A DNA stretch of 22,751 bases from Candidatus Eiseniibacteriota bacterium (lineage in GTDB: Bacteria > Eisenbacteria > RBG-16-71-46), in NCBI GenBank assembly GCA_031364845.1, contig JANLWX010000053.1, forward strand, positions 1 through 22,751, written 5' to 3'. Position numbers and translations under genes: made by a program. Of this stretch, positions 1 through 7,930 are shown in pieces. Positions within the stretch are counted from its first letter, which is position 1. Every line of letters begins with the position of its first letter. The notes under the pieces were generated by a model, which saw only the letters and a program-made list of their open reading frames with translations, made no database searches and had not been told where the DNA came from.

Positions 1-245
1 CGGCCGAGCGCGCGCCGCACCGACGTGCTGAGGCCGCCGCTCATGCGTTCGAGCGTGACGACCACGCCTGCGCCGGCACTCGCGTCGTCGACCAGCACGC
101 GGCCCGCGATGAACGCGCCCGTGGGAACGGCGATCGGTTCGAACGTGCTGCTCTTGCTGCACCCGAGCGCGATCAGCGCGAAGAGCGCGAGACCGCCGCA
201 GCAGGCGGTGGTGAAGCGGTTTCGGATGCGTGCGAGTCGGGGCAT
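1..245 (-). CDS. Predicted lipoprotein, 5' part only (runs off the window edge); probably begins a carboxypeptidase-regulatory-like beta-sandwich
   Basis: Hand translation from ATG at 245: MPRLARIRNRFTTACCGGLALFALIALGCSKSSTFEPIAVPTGAFIAGRVLVDDASAGAGVVVTLER... Basic n-region, hydrophobic h-region and lipobox-like IALG/C. Open to the window edge and 25 nt downstream of the 271 stop. Not in the ORF track because it has no stop in the window. Confidence 0.7.
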   Translation of the reverse strand, partial: MPRLARIRNRFTTACCGGLALFALIALGCSKSSTFEPIAVPTGAFIAGRVLVDDASAGAGVVVTLERMSGGLSTSVRRALG

Positions 246-270
246 GACGGTTCCGCGCGCGAACGCGGCC

Positions 271-873
271 TCAGGGGATGCGTACGATCGAACGGAGGCG
301 CCGTGCGCCGCCCGCTTCGAGATGAACAAAGTAAGTGCCCGCCGCGACCGCGCGCCGATTCGAGTCGCGCAGATCCCATTCGAGCGCATGCGAGCCGGCC
401 GGCAGCAACGCCGCACGCCACCCGCGCACGAGGCTTCCGCGCACGTCGTAGATCGCGAGCTTCACGCGCGCGGGCGCGGGGAGCGTCCATGCGATCCGTG
501 TGCGGTCGCTCGCCGGATTCGGCGCCGGCCGCAGCAACTGAAGTCCGCCTTCGCCGGCGGCGATCTCGACCGCGGTCGTGACGCCGATCACCACGCCGCG
601 CACGTAGGCGACCTGATGATCGTCGACGCGCACTTCGAGGTCGTAGGTGCCTTGCGGGATGGAGTGGATGCAGAACGCGCCCGCGAGATCGGAGGCGCCA
701 TGAATCCCCGTGTAGGCGCCGGCGGGTGTGCGCACGAAGATGCCGGCTCCGGCGATCGCGGCGTTGGTCTGTGCGTCACGCACGGTTCCGCACAGCGAGC
801 CCGCGTGAGATGCGGACGGAGAAACTGCGGCGAGCGCGAAGATCAGGGATGCGATGCAAAGGGTGCGGCGCAC
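271..873 (-). CDS. Secreted protein: signal peptide + carboxypeptidase-regulatory-like domain + C-terminal FlgD-Ig/T9SS-CTD-like domain
   Basis: Within ORF 271..951. Likely start is GTG 873 (GAGGG upstream; ATG 912 is the alternative), giving signal peptide MRRTLCIASLIFALAAVSPSASHA. GTVRDAQT..IAGA..GAF.I.SIPQGTYDLEV is prealbumin-like/CarboxypepD_reg-like. Tail PAPNP...IYDVRGSLVR...AGSHALEWD...AAGTYFVHL is the FlgD/Por-CTD pattern. Confidence 0.75.
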   Translation of the reverse strand: MRRTLCIASLIFALAAVSPSASHAGSLCGTVRDAQTNAAIAGAGIFVRTPAGAYTGIHGASDLAGAFCIHSIPQGTYDLEVRVDDHQVAYVRGVVIGVTTAVEIAAGEGGLQLLRPAPNPASDRTRIAWTLPAPARVKLAIYDVRGSLVRGWRAALLPAGSHALEWDLRDSNRRAVAAGTYFVHLEAGGARRLRSIVRIP

Positions 874-922
874 GGGTGTTGCCCTCGGAACTCGGGATCC
901 GGCTGCTGACATCAAGGGGCGG

Positions 923-951
923 AGTCTGGACGCCTCGCGCCGCAGGGTCAA
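923..951 (-). promoter_or_regulatory. Putative sigma70-type promoter TTGACC-N17-CAGACT
   Basis: Minus-strand TTGACC at 951-946, 17-nt spacer, CAGACT at 928-923, directly upstream of the 873/912 start. Confidence 0.45.
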
Positions 952-1007
952 TCCCTATTCTTCGCCACCCCGCACCTGCCTGCGTGGACCGTCGTTGACG
1001 GGTCCGG

Positions 1008-1013
1008 TAGCAT
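1008..1013 (+). promoter_or_regulatory. Putative -10 box (TAGCAT) for a leaderless uvrB transcript
   Basis: TANNNT hexamer 6 nt before the uvrB ATG, with no Shine-Dalgarno sequence. Confidence 0.5.
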
Positions 1014-1019
1014 CGCGCA

Positions 1020-3128
1020 ATGGCTTTCAACCTGCACCAGCCCTATCCGCCGAGCGGCGACCAGCCGGAGGCGATCGCCCAGCTCGTCGAAGGTCTCGAG
1101 CGCGGCGACCGCTACCAGACGCTGCTCGGCGTCACCGGCTCCGGCAAGACGTTCACGATCGCGAACACGATCGCCCAGGTGAACCGGCCCACGCTGGTGC
1201 TCTCGCACAACAAGACGCTCGCGGCCCAGCTCTACGGCGAGTTCAAGCAGTTCTTCCCCGACAACGCGGTCGGGTACTTCATCTCGTATTACGACTACTT
1301 CCAGCCCGAAGCCTACGTCCCGCAGACCAACACCTACATCGCCAAGGACGCGAGCATCAACGACGACATCGACCGGCTGCGGCTGCAGGCGACGTCGATG
1401 CTATTGGAGCGCGAGGACGTCATCATCGTCTCGAGCGTGTCGTGCATCTACGGCCTCGGAGCGCCCGAAGACTGGCGCGGCATGCGGCTCGACGCCACCG
1501 CCGGCGCGCGCGCCTCGAGGCGCGAGATCCTCGACAAGCTGGTGTCGATCCAGTACACGCGCAACGACATCGAGGTCGGCCGCGGCAACTTCCGCGTGCG
1601 CGGCGACGTGATCGAGGTGCATCCCGCGTACGAAGACGTGATCGTGCGCATCGAACTCGACGACGACATCGTGTCACGCATCTCGGCGGTCGATCCGGTC
1701 ACGGGCCAGGTGAAGCGGCGCATGGACCGGCTCGCGCTCTATCCGGCCAAGCACTTCGTGACGCCGGAGCCGCGCCTCAAGGCTGCGCTTCATGCGATCC
1801 GCGCCGAACTCGCCGAGCGGCTCGAGCAGTTCCGCTTCGAGGGCAAGCTCCTCGAAGCGCAGCGTCTCAAGCAGCGCACCGAGTACGACCTCGAAATGCT
1901 CGCGGCGATCGGCACGTGTCCGGGCGTCGAGAACTACTCGCGGCATCTGAGCGGCCGGCAGCCGGGAGACCGGCCGGGCTGTCTGATCGACTACTTTCCC
2001 GACAACTTCCTCACGGTGATCGACGAGTCGCACGTGACGGTTTCGCAGGTCGGAGGCATGTTCGAGGGCGACCGCTCCCGCAAGCAGACGCTGGTCGACT
2101 TCGGATTCCGGCTGCCGTCGGCGCTCGACAACCGTCCGCTGCGCTTCGACGAATTCGAACAGCTCACCGGCAGCACACTGTTCGTGTCGGCGACGCCCGC
2201 CAACTACGAGCTCGAGAAATCACAGGGGGTCGTGGTCGAGCAGATCATCCGCCCGACCGGCCTCGTCGATCCCGAGAACGTGAACAAGCCAACCACCGGA
2301 CAGGTCGACGATCTGCTCGCGGAGATCCGCGAGCGCGTCGCGCTCAAGGAGCGGGTGCTGGTGACGACGCTCACCAAACGCATGGCCGAGGATCTGACCG
2401 ACTATCTCGACGAAATGGAAGTCCGCGTGCGTTACCTGCACAGCGACATCGACGCGCTCGAGCGCGTCGAGATCCTGCGCGGTCTGCGTCTCGCCGACTT
2501 CGACGTGCTGGTCGGCATCAATCTGTTGCGCGAAGGCCTCGACCTGCCGGAAGTCTCGCTGGTCGCGATCCTCGATGCGGACAAGGAGGGCTTCCTGCGC
2601 TCCGAGCGCTCGCTGATCCAGACTTCGGGCCGCGCGGCGCGCAATCTGAACGGGCGCGTGATCATGTACGCGGACGTCGTGACCGACTCGATGCGCCGCG
2701 CGCTCGAGGAGACCACGCGGCGGCGCAAGAAACAGCTCGCCTACAATCACGAGCACGGCATCACCGCGCGATCGGTGCAGAAGAGCGTCGAGCAGGTGAT
2801 GCGCGCGACCACCGTCGCCGATTCGATCGGGCACGAGACGGCGGGTGATGTGCGCGAGTTTCTGAGCGCGGTCGAGAACCAGGGTCCCGAGACGCTGGTG
2901 GTACAGCTCGAAGCCGAGATGCTCGCCGCGGCCAAGGGGCTCGAGTTCGAGCGCGCGGCCTCGCTGCGCGATCGCATCGAGGAGATCCGCTCGCTCGCGA
3001 GCGCCTCCGCGGTGTACGGAGTCGGCGACGGAGCGATGTCGGGCACGGTGACGCGGCGGGTTCCCGGCAGCGCACGCGACCGGGGAGAGCCCCGCCGCAC
3101 GAAACGGCGCGCCGGCAAGCGTTCCTGA
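1020..3128 (+). CDS. uvrB: Excinuclease ABC subunit B
   Basis: GDQP, Walker [19 protein letters not shown], beta-hairpin [58 protein letters not shown], and C-terminal UVR domain [13 protein letters not shown]. Confidence 0.98.
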   Translation: MAFNLHQPYPPSGDQPEAIAQLVEGLERGDRYQTLLGVTGSGKTFTIANTIAQVNRPTLVLSHNKTLAAQLYGEFKQFFPDNAVGYFISYYDYFQPEAYVPQTNTYIAKDASINDDIDRLRLQATSMLLEREDVIIVSSVSCIYGLGAPEDWRGMRLDATAGARASRREILDKLVSIQYTRNDIEVGRGNFRVRGDVIEVHPAYEDVIVRIELDDDIVSRISAVDPVTGQVKRRMDRLALYPAKHFVTPEPRLKAALHAIRAELAERLEQFRFEGKLLEAQRLKQRTEYDLEMLAAIGTCPGVENYSRHLSGRQPGDRPGCLIDYFPDNFLTVIDESHVTVSQVGGMFEGDRSRKQTLVDFGFRLPSALDNRPLRFDEFEQLTGSTLFVSATPANYELEKSQGVVVEQIIRPTGLVDPENVNKPTTGQVDDLLAEIRERVALKERVLVTTLTKRMAEDLTDYLDEMEVRVRYLHSDIDALERVEILRGLRLADFDVLVGINLLREGLDLPEVSLVAILDADKEGFLRSERSLIQTSGRAARNLNGRVIMYADVVTDSMRRALEETTRRRKKQLAYNHEHGITARSVQKSVEQVMRATTVADSIGHETAGDVREFLSAVENQGPETLVVQLEAEMLAAAKGLEFERAASLRDRIEEIRSLASASAVYGVGDGAMSGTVTRRVPGSARDRGEPRRTKRRAGKRS

Positions 3129-3164
3129 TGCAGCGCGGAGTTCACGTGAACCGGAGTCACATCC

Positions 3165-3581
3165 ATGGGTGAGGCGAAGACCCAGCCGACCGGAGCCAGC
3201 GTCGAGGACTTCTTTGCGGCGGTCGCGGACGATCAGCGTCGCGCGGACAGCCGACAGCTCGCGAAGATCATGAAGCGCGTGACCGGCGCCGCGCCGAAGA
3301 TGTGGGGCGCGGGCATGGTGGGGTTCGGCACCTATCACTATGTGTACGAGAGCGGCCGTGAGGGCGACATGTTCCTCACCGGATTCGCCCCGCGCAAGAA
3401 CGACATCACGCTGTACATCATGGGCGGCCTGAGCCATTACGACACGATCCTGCGCCGGATGGGCCGGTTCAAGTCCGGCAAGTCGTGCCTCTACGTGAAG
3501 CGCCTCGCCGATCTCGACCTCGCGGTGCTCGAGGAGTTGATCAACGCCTCGGTCCGCCGCATCACGCTCATGAACCCCTGA
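3165..3581 (+). CDS. DUF1801 (YdhG-like) domain protein
   Basis: KTQPT..SVEDF, PKMWG..MVGFG.YHYVYESGREGD, GFAPRK..ITLY, GKSCLYVKRLAD pattern. GGAG RBS upstream. Confidence 0.85.
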   Translation: MGEAKTQPTGASVEDFFAAVADDQRRADSRQLAKIMKRVTGAAPKMWGAGMVGFGTYHYVYESGREGDMFLTGFAPRKNDITLYIMGGLSHYDTILRRMGRFKSGKSCLYVKRLADLDLAVLEELINASVRRITLMNP

Positions 3582-3588
3582 GAGATCC

Positions 3589-4164
3589 TTGAACAAGAAT
3601 CGACTCGAAGCATTCAGCGATGGGGTGATCGCCATCATCATCACGATCATGGTGCTCGAACTGAAGGCCCCGCACGGTGCCGATGTGGCCGCGCTCGGTA
3701 CCCTGGTGCCGGTCCTGCTCGGCTACGCGGTCAGTTTCGTCTTCGTCGGAATCTACTGGAGCAACCACCACCATCTGCTCCACGCAATCAAGCAGGTGAA
3801 TGGGAGAGTGTTGTGGGCAAATCTCCATCTGCTGTTCTGGCTGTCTTTGGTCCCCTTCACAACGGCGTGGGTTGGCGAGACAGACCGGGCGCCGTGGCCG
3901 CTCGCGCTCTATGGTGTGGTGCTCCTGATGTCGGGGGTGGCGTACTCCATTCTCACGCGTTCCTTGATCTCGCTTCATGGCCGCGACTCCGTGCTCGCGA
4001 CGGCGGTGGGACGGGACTTCAAGGGGATCCTGTCGCTGGGGTTGTATGCCTTAGCAATTCCGCTCGCGTTCGTGAGCTCATGGATCGCGATCGGGCTCTA
4101 TGTGCTGGTCGCGATCATGTGGCTGATCCCGGATCGCCGGATCGAACGGAAACTGGCGTCGTGA
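3589..4164 (+). CDS. TMEM175-family (DUF1211) potassium channel
   Basis: TTG start. RLEAFSDGVIAIIITIMVLE carries the RxxxFSD motif. Also YW.NHH and LVPF.T motifs, with about 6 hydrophobic helices. Confidence 0.92.
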   Translation: MNKNRLEAFSDGVIAIIITIMVLELKAPHGADVAALGTLVPVLLGYAVSFVFVGIYWSNHHHLLHAIKQVNGRVLWANLHLLFWLSLVPFTTAWVGETDRAPWPLALYGVVLLMSGVAYSILTRSLISLHGRDSVLATAVGRDFKGILSLGLYALAIPLAFVSSWIAIGLYVLVAIMWLIPDRRIERKLAS

Positions 4165-4577
4165 CCGGCGCGCGGGGGAGCGCGCGCGCCGCCGCGGGTG
4201 CCGTGTTCGCGCGTATCCTCGCCGTCGTCCGGCGTATCCCGCGCGGGCGCGTCGCCACCTATGGCCAGGTCGCGCGCCTCGCGGGGCTGCCGCGCCATGC
4301 GCGGCACGTGGGCTGGGCGCTGCACGGTCAGCCGCACGGTACGCCGCTGCCGTGGCATCGGGTGATCAACGCGCGCGGTGCGATCAGCCTGCGTCGCGGC
4401 GACGGCGCGGGCGACACGCAGCGATTGCGGCTCGAAGCGGAGGGCGTGGCGTTCGGCGCGGGCGGCCGGGTGCCGCTCGGGCGCTTCCAGTGGCAGCCGC
4501 CGGCGGCCCGGGCGGGAGGCCGGCCGGCGCGCACGATCCGCGCTGCGCGGCTCGACCCCCGGCGGGCGCTCGGGTAG
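4161..4577 (+). CDS. Alkyltransferase-like (ATL, MGMT family, YbaZ-like) DNA-binding protein
   Basis: GTG 4161 overlaps the TMEM175 stop (GTGA). IPRGRVATYGQVA..AG.PR.AR.VG, and PWHRVIN with Trp in place of the catalytic Cys of PCHRV. Also Q..RLEAEGV. Confidence 0.9.
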   Translation: MTGARGSARAAAGAVFARILAVVRRIPRGRVATYGQVARLAGLPRHARHVGWALHGQPHGTPLPWHRVINARGAISLRRGDGAGDTQRLRLEAEGVAFGAGGRVPLGRFQWQPPAARAGGRPARTIRAARLDPRRALG

Positions 4578-4589
4578 CATCGCCGGTCC

Positions 4590-5483
4590 ATGCTCGAAGC
4601 CGTCGCTCTCCCACTCGTCCGCTACGCCCTGTCCGAAGATGTCGGCACCGGGGACATCACGTCGCTCAACACGATCCGTTCCGGGATCAAGGCGCGCGCG
4701 GTGATCATCGCCCGGGCGCCGGGCGTGATCGCGGGAATCGATGTCGCGGCCCTCACGTTTCACGAGGCCGATGCGAATCTGAAATTCCGCAAGCTGGTCG
4801 CCGACGGCACCACCGTCGCTCCCGGCACCGCCTGCGCTCAAGTGATCGGCGATGCGGGCAGTGTGTTCAAGGGCGAGCGCACCGCGCTCAACTTCCTGCA
4901 GCACCTGTCCGGAGTCGCGACGCTCACGCGCCGTTTCGTCGACGCGATCGAAGGCACCGGCTGCACGATCCTCGACACGCGCAAGACGATTCCCGGCCTG
5001 CGTTTTCTCGAGAAGTACGCGGTGAAGTGCGGGGGCGGCGAGAACCACCGGCTCGCGCTGTGGGACATGTACCTGGTGAAGGACAATCACATCCGCGCGG
5101 CGGGCGGTGTCACGAACGCGATCGACCGCATCGCGCGCACCCGCCAGGGCGATCTGCTGCTCGAAGTCGAAGTGGAATCGCTCGACCAGCTCCGCGAGGC
5201 GCTGCGTCCCGAAGTCGATCGCATCCTGGTCGACAATCGTTCGCCCGAGGAAGTGCTTCAGGCGATCGCCGAGGTCGATCAGTGGTACGCCGAGAATCCG
5301 CCGGGGCATTCGCGCGTGCGTGTGGGTGCCAGGCGCTGGCCGGAGATCGAAGTCTCGGGCGGCATCCGGCTCGACAACGTGCGCGAGTATGCCGAGACCG
5401 GCGCGGACTACGTTTCGGTCGGCGCGCTCACGCATTCCGCGCCGGCGCTCGACGTGAGCCTCGAGGTCGAGGAAGTCGCATGA
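4590..5483 (+). CDS. nadC: Nicotinate-nucleotide diphosphorylase (carboxylating), quinolinate phosphoribosyltransferase
   Basis: EDVG.GDIT, ERTALNFLQ.LSGVAT.T, DTRKT.PGLR, NHR, KDNH, EVEVE, DN, EVSGGI, SVGALTHS motifs. Confidence 0.96.
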   Translation: MLEAVALPLVRYALSEDVGTGDITSLNTIRSGIKARAVIIARAPGVIAGIDVAALTFHEADANLKFRKLVADGTTVAPGTACAQVIGDAGSVFKGERTALNFLQHLSGVATLTRRFVDAIEGTGCTILDTRKTIPGLRFLEKYAVKCGGGENHRLALWDMYLVKDNHIRAAGGVTNAIDRIARTRQGDLLLEVEVESLDQLREALRPEVDRILVDNRSPEEVLQAIAEVDQWYAENPPGHSRVRVGARRWPEIEVSGGIRLDNVREYAETGADYVSVGALTHSAPALDVSLEVEEVA

Positions 5484-5531
5484 AAGCGCGTCGCGATATC
5501 GTGTCCTGCCTCAAGCAGTCCGCGTAAGACC

Positions 5532-6344
5532 ATGCCGGAAAATACATTCAACCGTGCCCATTTCGAGTCCCGGCTCGCGACCCGCCACTTCGGCCGCCAC
5601 CTCGTGGTGCGCGACTCGGTGGAATCCACCAACGACGATGCCTGGGACCTGCTCGCGCAGGGCGCGCCCGATGGCGCCGTCGTGATCGCCGGCACGCAGA
5701 CGCGCGGGCGCGGGCGCCTCGGCCGGACCTGGCACACGCCGCCCGGGAGCGGGCTCGCGATGTCGCTCGTCCTTCATCTCGGATGTGATCCCGAACCGCT
5801 CGCGACCCTGCCGCTGGTCGCGGGGCTCGCGCTCGCGACAGCGCTGGATCGGTTCGGCGCCGGCGCGCAACTCAAGTGGCCGAACGACGTGCTGCTCGAC
5901 GGACACAAAGTGGCGGGCATCCTGTGCGAACGCCGTCGCGCGGCCGGCGGACTCGACGCCGCGGTCGTCGGCGTGGGCGTAAACGTCTCGCAGTCGCGCG
6001 AGGAGTTTCCGCCCGAGCTGCGGGACCGCGCGACCTCGCTCACGCTCGCCGGGCATGCGATCGCGCGCGAACACGTCGCCGCTGAATTCCTCAACGCGTT
6101 CGAACGCCTGTGGGCCGAACACGCCGAAGGCGATCGCACACAGGCGATCGCGGCGTGGCGTTCGCACGCATCGTTCTGGGGCACGCCGGTCGTCGCGAAC
6201 ACTCCGGCGGGCGTGGTGCGCGGCATCGCGCGCACGCTCGACGACACCGGAGCGCTGGTTCTCGACACTGGCGACGGAACGGTCGTGCGGGTGATCGCGG
6301 GCGACGTCGAGATCGAAAACGAACGATCGGAACGGACGACGTGA
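5532..6344 (+). CDS. birA: Biotin--[acetyl-CoA-carboxylase] ligase without an N-terminal DNA-binding domain (group I)
   Basis: STND, QTRGRGRLGRTW, KWPNDV, KVAGIL, GVGVN, and C-terminal DDTGALVL...AGDV. 270 aa, no HTH. Confidence 0.93.
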   Translation: MPENTFNRAHFESRLATRHFGRHLVVRDSVESTNDDAWDLLAQGAPDGAVVIAGTQTRGRGRLGRTWHTPPGSGLAMSLVLHLGCDPEPLATLPLVAGLALATALDRFGAGAQLKWPNDVLLDGHKVAGILCERRRAAGGLDAAVVGVGVNVSQSREEFPPELRDRATSLTLAGHAIAREHVAAEFLNAFERLWAEHAEGDRTQAIAAWRSHASFWGTPVVANTPAGVVRGIARTLDDTGALVLDTGDGTVVRVIAGDVEIENERSERTT

Positions 6345-7126
6345 GCCTCGATCCGCGCCAGACCGGAGAGATGCCGTTCTTGGAGCATCTCGCGGAGCTG
6401 CGCTCGGTGCTGCTGCACGCGGTGATCGCGTGTCTGGTCGGAGCGCTCGCCGGATGGTGGGTCGCGCCGATCGTGCTCGAGGATCTCGTCCACCGCACGG
6501 TCGGCAACGCGATCGTGCTGTCGCCGCTCGAGGCGTTCAACGAGCGCTTCAAGCTCGCGCTGCTGCTGGGACTGGTGCTGACGCTGCCCTACGTGTTCTA
6601 CCGCGTATGGAACTTCATCGTGCCCGGGCTCATGAAGCGCGAGCGCAGCATGATCCTGCCGATGGCGCTCGGCTCGATGGTGATGTTCGTGCTGGGGGCT
6701 GCGGGTGCCTACTTCTATCTGGTGCCGGTCGTGGTGCGTGTGCTGATGGGGTTCATCACGCCGAGCATCCGCGCCGACATCCAGCTCGGTCCGCTGCTCG
6801 GGTTCTTCTACAACATGGCGCTCGCGTGCGGCCTCGTGTGCCAGATGCCGCTCGTGACCATGACGCTCACGGCACTCGGGCTCGTCACGCCCGGATATCT
6901 TCTGCGCCAGTGGCGGGTCGCGATCGTCGGCGTGTTCGTGCTGACGGCGGTGATCACGCCCGGCGACATTGTGACGGCGCAGCTGATCATGGCGGTGCCG
7001 ATGGTGGTGCTGTACTTCCTGAGTGTGGGGTTGTCGTGGCTCGTCGCGCGCCGCCGGAGTGAACCGTCGGACGAGATCACGGCGATCGACGCCACCGAGA
7101 TCGACGGAGGGGGACATGCCCGGTAA
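6341..7126 (+). CDS. tatC: Twin-arginine translocase subunit TatC
   Basis: GTG 6341 overlaps the birA stop (GTGA). MPFLEHLAELR, SPLEAF, WNFIVPGL..RE, QMP, ITPGD, PM..LY motifs, with six TM segments. Confidence 0.93.
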   Translation: MSLDPRQTGEMPFLEHLAELRSVLLHAVIACLVGALAGWWVAPIVLEDLVHRTVGNAIVLSPLEAFNERFKLALLLGLVLTLPYVFYRVWNFIVPGLMKRERSMILPMALGSMVMFVLGAAGAYFYLVPVVVRVLMGFITPSIRADIQLGPLLGFFYNMALACGLVCQMPLVTMTLTALGLVTPGYLLRQWRVAIVGVFVLTAVITPGDIVTAQLIMAVPMVVLYFLSVGLSWLVARRRSEPSDEITAIDATEIDGGGHAR

Positions 7127-7907
7127 GAAGAAGTCCGCGCGCCGCGCGCGGCGGCTGCTCGCGGTCGACGTGGGCAACAGCGAGACCACGCTCGGTCTGT
7201 TCCACGGCACCGACGTCACAGGATTCTGGCGGCTCACGAGCGCGCGACAGACCGCTGACGAGATCGCGCTCGTGGTCCGGGCACTGCTCGCGGAGAACGG
7301 CGCGCCCCCGCTCGACGGCGTCGTGCTGTGCTCGGTGGTGCCGGCGCTGACGGCTGCGTGGCATCAGGCGCTCGCGCGCGTCGCCGGCGTGCCGGCGGTC
7401 GAGGTCAACTCGGCAACCGCGAAGGACCTGCCGATCCGCTATCACGATCGCGCCGCGGTGGGAGCGGATCGCATCGCGAACGCGATCGCGGTGCGCGCGC
7501 TGTACGGCACCCCGGCGATCGTCGTCGACCTCGGCACGGCGACCACGTTCGACTGCGTCTCGCAGAGCGGCGCCTATCTCGGCGGCGTGATCGCGCCCGG
7601 CGTCGGCACATCCGCCGAGGAGTTGTTCCGGCGCGCCGCGCGGATTGCGCGCGTGGAGTTGCGCCGTCCGCCGCGGGCACTGGGCCGCACCACGGAAGAA
7701 TCACTGCAGGCGGGCGTGCTGTGGGGACACGCGGGGCAGGTCGACGCGCTCGTGCGCCGGCTTGCGATCGAGATGCGCGGCACGCCGAGCGTGATCGCCA
7801 CCGGTGGCTGGGCCGGGATCATCGCGCCCGAATGCGAAACCATCAATCGCGTGGACGAAGCTCTGACTTTGAAGGGCATGAGGATTCTGTGGGAGCGCGC
7901 GATCTGA
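7116..7907 (+). CDS. coaX: Type III pantothenate kinase
   Basis: ATG 7116 after GGAGG. LAVDVGNS, CSVVP, VGADRIAN, VVDLGTATTFD, GGVIAPG, ATGG, LTL.G motifs. Confidence 0.95.
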   Translation: MPGKKKSARRARRLLAVDVGNSETTLGLFHGTDVTGFWRLTSARQTADEIALVVRALLAENGAPPLDGVVLCSVVPALTAAWHQALARVAGVPAVEVNSATAKDLPIRYHDRAAVGADRIANAIAVRALYGTPAIVVDLGTATTFDCVSQSGAYLGGVIAPGVGTSAEELFRRAARIARVELRRPPRALGRTTEESLQAGVLWGHAGQVDALVRRLAIEMRGTPSVIATGGWAGIIAPECETINRVDEALTLKGMRILWERAI

Positions 7908-7930
7908 AACCCGCGCGCGGAAGCATCAGG

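Noticed and set aside
995..1000. TTGACG as the -35 box of uvrB
   Set aside because: Only 7 nt from the TAGCAT -10 box, incompatible with sigma70 spacing.
854..2848. 664-aa alternative-frame ORF over uvrB, and similar long shadow ORFs (25..909, 2220..3650, 4098..5435, 5774..7237, 9529..10917, 9993..11369, 11375..12826, 19310..20323)
   Set aside because: Arg/Ala/Pro-rich translations without motifs that overlap well-supported genes. Expected from stop-codon scarcity in high-GC DNA.
4161..4577. Active O6-methylguanine methyltransferase (ogt/ada)
   Set aside because: Active-site motif is PWHRV, not PCHRV, and there is no N-terminal domain, so it is ATL-type.
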